Origin: Bdellovibrionales bacterium
GTDB lineage: Bacteria > Bdellovibrionota > Bdellovibrionia > Bdellovibrionales > JAMPXM01
Direction of reading: 5' to 3'
Length of the DNA stretch: 29,616 nt
Assembly (NCBI GenBank): GCA_035539835.1
Contig: DATLHP010000027.1
Coordinates: 1-29,616 of the forward strand
Numbering within the stretch: position 1 is the stretch's first letter; the number at the start of each line of letters is the position of its first letter. The position numbers and the translations under genes were made by a program. The notes beneath the pieces are model-generated. The model did no database searches and was not told where the DNA came from. It was given only the letters and a program-made list of their open reading frames with translations. This document shows positions 25,665-29,616 of the stretch, in pieces.

Positions 25665-27814
25665 AGAAGCCGGTCGTCCTTCGCATCTTTAAAGGCGAAC
25701 AACTCCTCGGAGTGAAGCAATTCACTGATCCGCAGGTCGTCTTCGGTCGACCGGGCGATGTTCAAGTTCCTCTCGACGGAGATAAAGTCTCGGTCATTCA
25801 CGCCGCGATCGAAGAACGCGACAGTGGATACTATGTATGCGATCTGGGCTCCGAAACCGGAACGTTTAAAAACGGCGAGCAAGTTCTCGATGCGCCGATT
25901 GAGTCGGGCGATATCGTTCAGGTCGGCGAATTTAGAATCGAATTCTTTATCGGTGTTCCAAAACCGAAAGGTCCTCCGGGCGAGACGGCTGTTGCAGCTG
26001 CTCCCATCGCCGCTGAGCCGCCTCCGGTTCAGAAAAAAGAACCGGCGCCGGCACCGACTCCAAAAAAGCCAGAGGTGTCGACACCAGAACCGATGGCAAA
26101 GTCAGCTCCGACAACGTCGATGTTTGAAAGAGTTGCCGCTGCATCGACAGTAGCGGCCGCAAGCTCGATCACTGACGTGCCGACGACAAACGCTCTCGAA
26201 GGCGGAATGCCGCTCGCGGGCCCGTCATTTGCGGTTGGTGGACCGGCTCGTCGCAATCCTTCTGCAGGCAAGCATTCTAAAAACAGTCGCCGCAAAAAAA
26301 CATTCGCGCCGCCAAGTAAGCATGCGAGTGTTCGCGACTACGTGAAGCCGACGAAGGGCACCGTCGTTGAGGTTCTCATCGCATGGCGCGAGCGAGTGAT
26401 CGCAACTCATCATTTCTCTAAAAAACAACTCGTCACGGTCGGTTCGCAACCGGACTGCGATATTATTCTTCCGCTTCTCAGTGGCAAAGTTCGTAAGCTT
26501 CCGCTTTTAAAGCTCGATGCCCAGGTCATCGTTCTTGTCAGCGGGGATATGAAGGGCGAGCTTGTTCGCGGTCAGACGGCATCATCTTTCGCAGAAGTCG
26601 GTCGTCAAAACCGCATGGTAAAGGTCGATAACTCGTTCGGGATCAATCTCGAACAGGGCGAAATGGTTCGTCTCGATCTTTCAGACGATCTTTCGATTTT
26701 CATTCGCTACGTTTCTGACTCTCCGAAACCGTTGGTCGCGCCTTTGTTGGATCTGACGACGTCGGAATTCGCAGGCGTTATCTTCTCGTTTGTTCTCGTC
26801 GCGGTTCTTTGGTTGTACATGATCTTGTACACTCCACCAAAGCCGCTCCCAGATGAACTTGGAGAGGAGCCATTGCGTACGGCGGTCATCATTGCGCCGC
26901 CGACTCCAAAGCCAGCTCCAGTTGCGGAGGCAGAAGCTCCAACTCCTGCCCCGACACCTCAGCGAGTGGTGGTGAAATCGACACCAGCGCCGACAAAAAT
27001 GCAGGAAGCGAAAGCTCCTGCAAAACCTGCGACCGCGACGAACCTGACGACGAAAAACGATCCGGGTAAGTCGGCGAACGCGGCTCCCAACAAAAACAAA
27101 ACAGGTCCTCGTACGGTGACATCGCCGAAACAGGGCGGATCGATCAAGACGACCGATAAGCCGGCCTCGCAAATGAAGAGCCCGCAGCGAGACGTATCGA
27201 AGTCCGGCGTCTTCTCGGTCTTTGGCGGTGGCGGGGCAAACGATCAGCTCGCACAAAGCACGAGTGGTTCAGGTGAACTTGCAGGTCTTGCAGATGCGGC
27301 GACCGGAAAATCTGGTTACGCGGAGAACCGCGCGGTTCAAGGACTCGGCAGCGCCGTAAAAGACACTGGAAGAGGCGGAACTGGAAATGCTCTCACCGGT
27401 ATTGATGGCGGCGTCGGAACTCAAGGTCGTGGCAGTGGTAATTCAGGTTACGGAACGGGCGGTCTCGGAAATCGCGCAGGTATTCGTATCGTACCGGGCG
27501 GCGACGAGGCGGCGATCTCAGGATCGTACGATCGCGAAGCGATTCGTCGGGTGATCATGGCGAACTTGCGAGTCATCCGTACTTGTTACGAGCGTCAACT
27601 CAATCGCAATCCTGATCTCATGGGTAAACTTGTTCTTTCATGGGTGATTGGAGAGCAGGGTCGTGTGACGGCGACGCGCGTGAAGTCGAATGAACTCGGA
27701 AATGCGGAAGTTGCAAACTGCATCATGGATCGCTTGAGAACATGGCGATTCCCTGATCCACCAGCGAGCAACGAGGTCGAGGTCGAAGCGTATCCGTTCT
27801 TCTTCTCGAACTGA
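25661..27814 (+). CDS. gltG: GltG/PglI-like inner-membrane protein (FHA, TM, Pro/Gly-rich linker, TonB_C-like domain)
   Basis: N-terminal FHA (FGRP...VSVIH...GTFKNG), TM FAGVIFSFVLVAVLWLYMILY, and C-terminal DREAIRRVIMANL...IRTCYERQL...VANCIMDRLRTWRFPDP...YPFFF. TTG start overlaps the gltF stop. Confidence 0.87.
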   Translation: MKKPVVLRIFKGEQLLGVKQFTDPQVVFGRPGDVQVPLDGDKVSVIHAAIEERDSGYYVCDLGSETGTFKNGEQVLDAPIESGDIVQVGEFRIEFFIGVPKPKGPPGETAVAAAPIAAEPPPVQKKEPAPAPTPKKPEVSTPEPMAKSAPTTSMFERVAAASTVAAASSITDVPTTNALEGGMPLAGPSFAVGGPARRNPSAGKHSKNSRRKKTFAPPSKHASVRDYVKPTKGTVVEVLIAWRERVIATHHFSKKQLVTVGSQPDCDIILPLLSGKVRKLPLLKLDAQVIVLVSGDMKGELVRGQTASSFAEVGRQNRMVKVDNSFGINLEQGEMVRLDLSDDLSIFIRYVSDSPKPLVAPLLDLTTSEFAGVIFSFVLVAVLWLYMILYTPPKPLPDELGEEPLRTAVIIAPPTPKPAPVAEAEAPTPAPTPQRVVVKSTPAPTKMQEAKAPAKPATATNLTTKNDPGKSANAAPNKNKTGPRTVTSPKQGGSIKTTDKPASQMKSPQRDVSKSGVFSVFGGGGANDQLAQSTSGSGELAGLADAATGKSGYAENRAVQGLGSAVKDTGRGGTGNALTGIDGGVGTQGRGSGNSGYGTGGLGNRAGIRIVPGGDEAAISGSYDREAIRRVIMANLRVIRTCYERQLNRNPDLMGKLVLSWVIGEQGRVTATRVKSNELGNAEVANCIMDRLRTWRFPDPPASNEVEVEAYPFFFSN

Positions 27815-27841
27815 TTTTGATTTGTTGAAAGAAAAATTTAG

Positions 27842-27858
27842 AGCACTCAGGTGAGTGC
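27842..27858. other. Inverted repeat between gltG and aglR
   Basis: GCACTCA-gg-TGAGTGC (27843-27858), i.e. a 6-bp stem with AGGT loop as RNA. Confidence 0.5.
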
Positions 27859-27880
27859 GAAGTAACACAGGGGGGATCCT

Positions 27881-28564
27881 TTGGAACCGACAGCAGCAGT
27901 GGACGCGGTGAACGCGGCCCAGAATACAAACTTCATCGTTCATGCCTTCGAGGCCGGCGGCTTCGCGATGTACGTCATCGCAGCGATCGGTATCTTGACT
28001 GTCATGCTCATCATCGAGCGCTTCGTTACACTCCGTTCGTTGACGGTCGACAAGGCTGATTTCAACGAGCACCTCTTCGGAATGGTGCTTCGCGGAGATG
28101 TTCGCCAAGCGATCACTTACTGTGATTCGAAAGTCACTCCACTCACCAGTACTTTGAAGTCAGGTTTGGTTCAGGTCATGAACCATCGCCCAGACGAAGA
28201 AGTTCAAGTGGCGATGGATGCATCGGTTCTTCGTGACACTCCGAAGATCGAAGGTTGGGCAGCCTTCCTTGCGGTCTTCTCGAACGTTGCAACGCTCGTC
28301 GGTCTCGTCGGAACCATCTTCGGTATGATCAAATCGTTCCAAGGTGTTGCTCTTGCGGGTGCGGCTGAAAAAGCAGCGCTTCTTTCAGAAGGTATCTCAG
28401 AAGCCCTTCACTGTACGGCTTTCGGTCTCCTTGTCGCGATCATCGGTATCTTGGCTTACGGTTACTTCCAGGTTCGCATCGGTCGAATCTTGAATGACGT
28501 TGTCGAGAGCAGCATGAGTCTCATGAACCTTGTTGTCGCTAACCGCGACAAAATGAAAGAGTAA
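27881..28564 (+). CDS. aglR: MotA/TolQ/ExbB proton-channel subunit, AglR-like
   Basis: IIERFVTL, NVATLVGLVGTIFGMIKSF, GISEALHCTAFGLLVAI. TTG start after a GGGGG RBS. Confidence 0.9.
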   Translation: MEPTAAVDAVNAAQNTNFIVHAFEAGGFAMYVIAAIGILTVMLIIERFVTLRSLTVDKADFNEHLFGMVLRGDVRQAITYCDSKVTPLTSTLKSGLVQVMNHRPDEEVQVAMDASVLRDTPKIEGWAAFLAVFSNVATLVGLVGTIFGMIKSFQGVALAGAAEKAALLSEGISEALHCTAFGLLVAIIGILAYGYFQVRIGRILNDVVESSMSLMNLVVANRDKMKE

Positions 28565-28566
28565 AC

Positions 28567-29040
28567 ATGGCTCAGGCTGAAGAAGGCGGGAAAGGGCGAA
28601 CCACACAGATCGAGTTGAACCTCGTTCCGTTCATCGATTTGATGAGCGTTCTCATCACCTTCCTTCTCATCACCGCGGTGTGGAGCCAGGTCTCGATGAT
28701 CCAGCTCGGTTCGAGCATCTACGGAAAACGAAACGAGAATCAAGAGCCGATCACTCCTCCGCCACTTGCTGATATCCCCCTGCGAGTGGACGTGAAAGAG
28801 TTTGGCTATCGCGTGATCATCGGATCTGAGAGATTCCAATTGCCGAAAATCGCGAGCGGTTGGGACACCGAAGGGCTGAAGGCACGTTTGAAACTGATCA
28901 AAGAAAAATATCCTGAAAAGTCCGATGGTAACCTAACGGTGGATGACGTGCTTCCGTATGAAGCGCTCATCATCGGAATGGATACGATGATTCAAGGCGG
29001 ATTCCAGTCGATCTCAGTGATTACAGCGGAGGCTGAGTAA
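28567..29040 (+). CDS. aglQ: ExbD/TolR-family subunit, AglQ-like
   Basis: ELNLVPFIDLMSVLITFLLITAVW with the conserved TM Asp; C-terminal LTVDDVLPYEALIIGMD. Confidence 0.88.
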   Translation: MAQAEEGGKGRTTQIELNLVPFIDLMSVLITFLLITAVWSQVSMIQLGSSIYGKRNENQEPITPPPLADIPLRVDVKEFGYRVIIGSERFQLPKIASGWDTEGLKARLKLIKEKYPEKSDGNLTVDDVLPYEALIIGMDTMIQGGFQSISVITAEAE

Positions 29041-29616
29041 TGCCGATCTATGCTCCCGGTCGTCGCGATCGACACAATCGTCCTCTGAAAGGCAGCGGTC
29101 GTAAGATTGTTGCCATGCTCAGCTTGACCGCAATGGTCGACATGTTCACGGTTCTAGCGGTCTTCCTTCTTCAGAACTATCAAACAACAGGCGAAGTTCT
29201 CGAGCTCAGTGAAGAGGTCGTTCTTCCGCAAGCTCATGCCGTTAAAGAGTTGAAACCGGCTCACGTCGTCGTTGTTTCGAAGGATCAAATTCTTCTGGAT
29301 AAAGACGTCATTGCGACTTTCGCACAAGTGAAAGAGCAGCCGGATTGGATGATCGAACCGCTCAAGGCACTTTTGGCTCAGCGGTTTCAAGAGTCTGAAG
29401 CGAAACGCGCAGCACTTCCAAATCGAATTCGCGACGTCGTGCAAACGGCGAAATCGGGCGAACAACAAGACGACCCAGCCGATGATCGTCGCGTCACGGT
29501 TCAAGCTGACAAGAACATCGATATTCTCACAGTCAAAAAAGTCATGTGGACAGTGACCGAAGCTGGAGCATCCGAAGTTAACTTCGCGGTCATCAAACTC
29601 GATGAAGTAAAAAAAT
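29040..29616 (+). CDS. aglS: ExbD/TolR-family subunit, AglS-like; open to the window edge
   Basis: ATG overlaps the aglQ stop (TAATG). MPIYAPG...LSLTAMVDMFTVLAVFLLQNY...VQADKNIDILTVKKVMWTVTEAGASEVNFAV. Absent from the ORF track because there is no stop in the window. Confidence 0.88.
   Translation, partial: MPIYAPGRRDRHNRPLKGSGRKIVAMLSLTAMVDMFTVLAVFLLQNYQTTGEVLELSEEVVLPQAHAVKELKPAHVVVVSKDQILLDKDVIATFAQVKEQPDWMIEPLKALLAQRFQESEAKRAALPNRIRDVVQTAKSGEQQDDPADDRRVTVQADKNIDILTVKKVMWTVTEAGASEVNFAVIKLDEVKK

Overview
A gene-dense chromosomal window, mostly + strand. Gene content and order point to a Bdellovibrionota-like predator (inference, not a search result). Left to right: (i) a minus-strand pair of separately secreted proteins, an OB-fold/prodomain-like protein and a matrixin (M10) zinc metalloprotease that the ORF track misses because it runs off the left edge; (ii) a three-gene unit of a small helical protein, a cupredoxin-fold protein without Cu ligands and an orphan CpaF/TadA ATPase; (iii) a hypothetical sensor-like coiled-coil protein, eno, ftsB/divIC, an XRE HTH gene and polA; (iv) a BamE-like lipoprotein, a long FliL and an FHA-sigma54 activator with overlapping convergent 3' ends; (v) engB, a small membrane ORF, kdsB, pyrG, kdsD and a degenerate kdsC, with no kdsA; (vi) a contiguous Agl-Glt gliding-type cluster (two OM beta-barrels, GltC/D/E/F/G-like, AglR/Q/S-like motor) running off the right edge. 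I saw no rRNA, tRNA, CRISPR or mobile element. Best leads: a probable KdsC pseudo-enzyme translationally coupled to the first gliding barrel; a protease with its prodomain/inhibitor encoded in trans; the stand-alone Tad ATPase unit; CTP synthase with basic tails at both ends; and promoter geometry suggesting leaderless mRNAs. All family calls come from motif recognition by eye.
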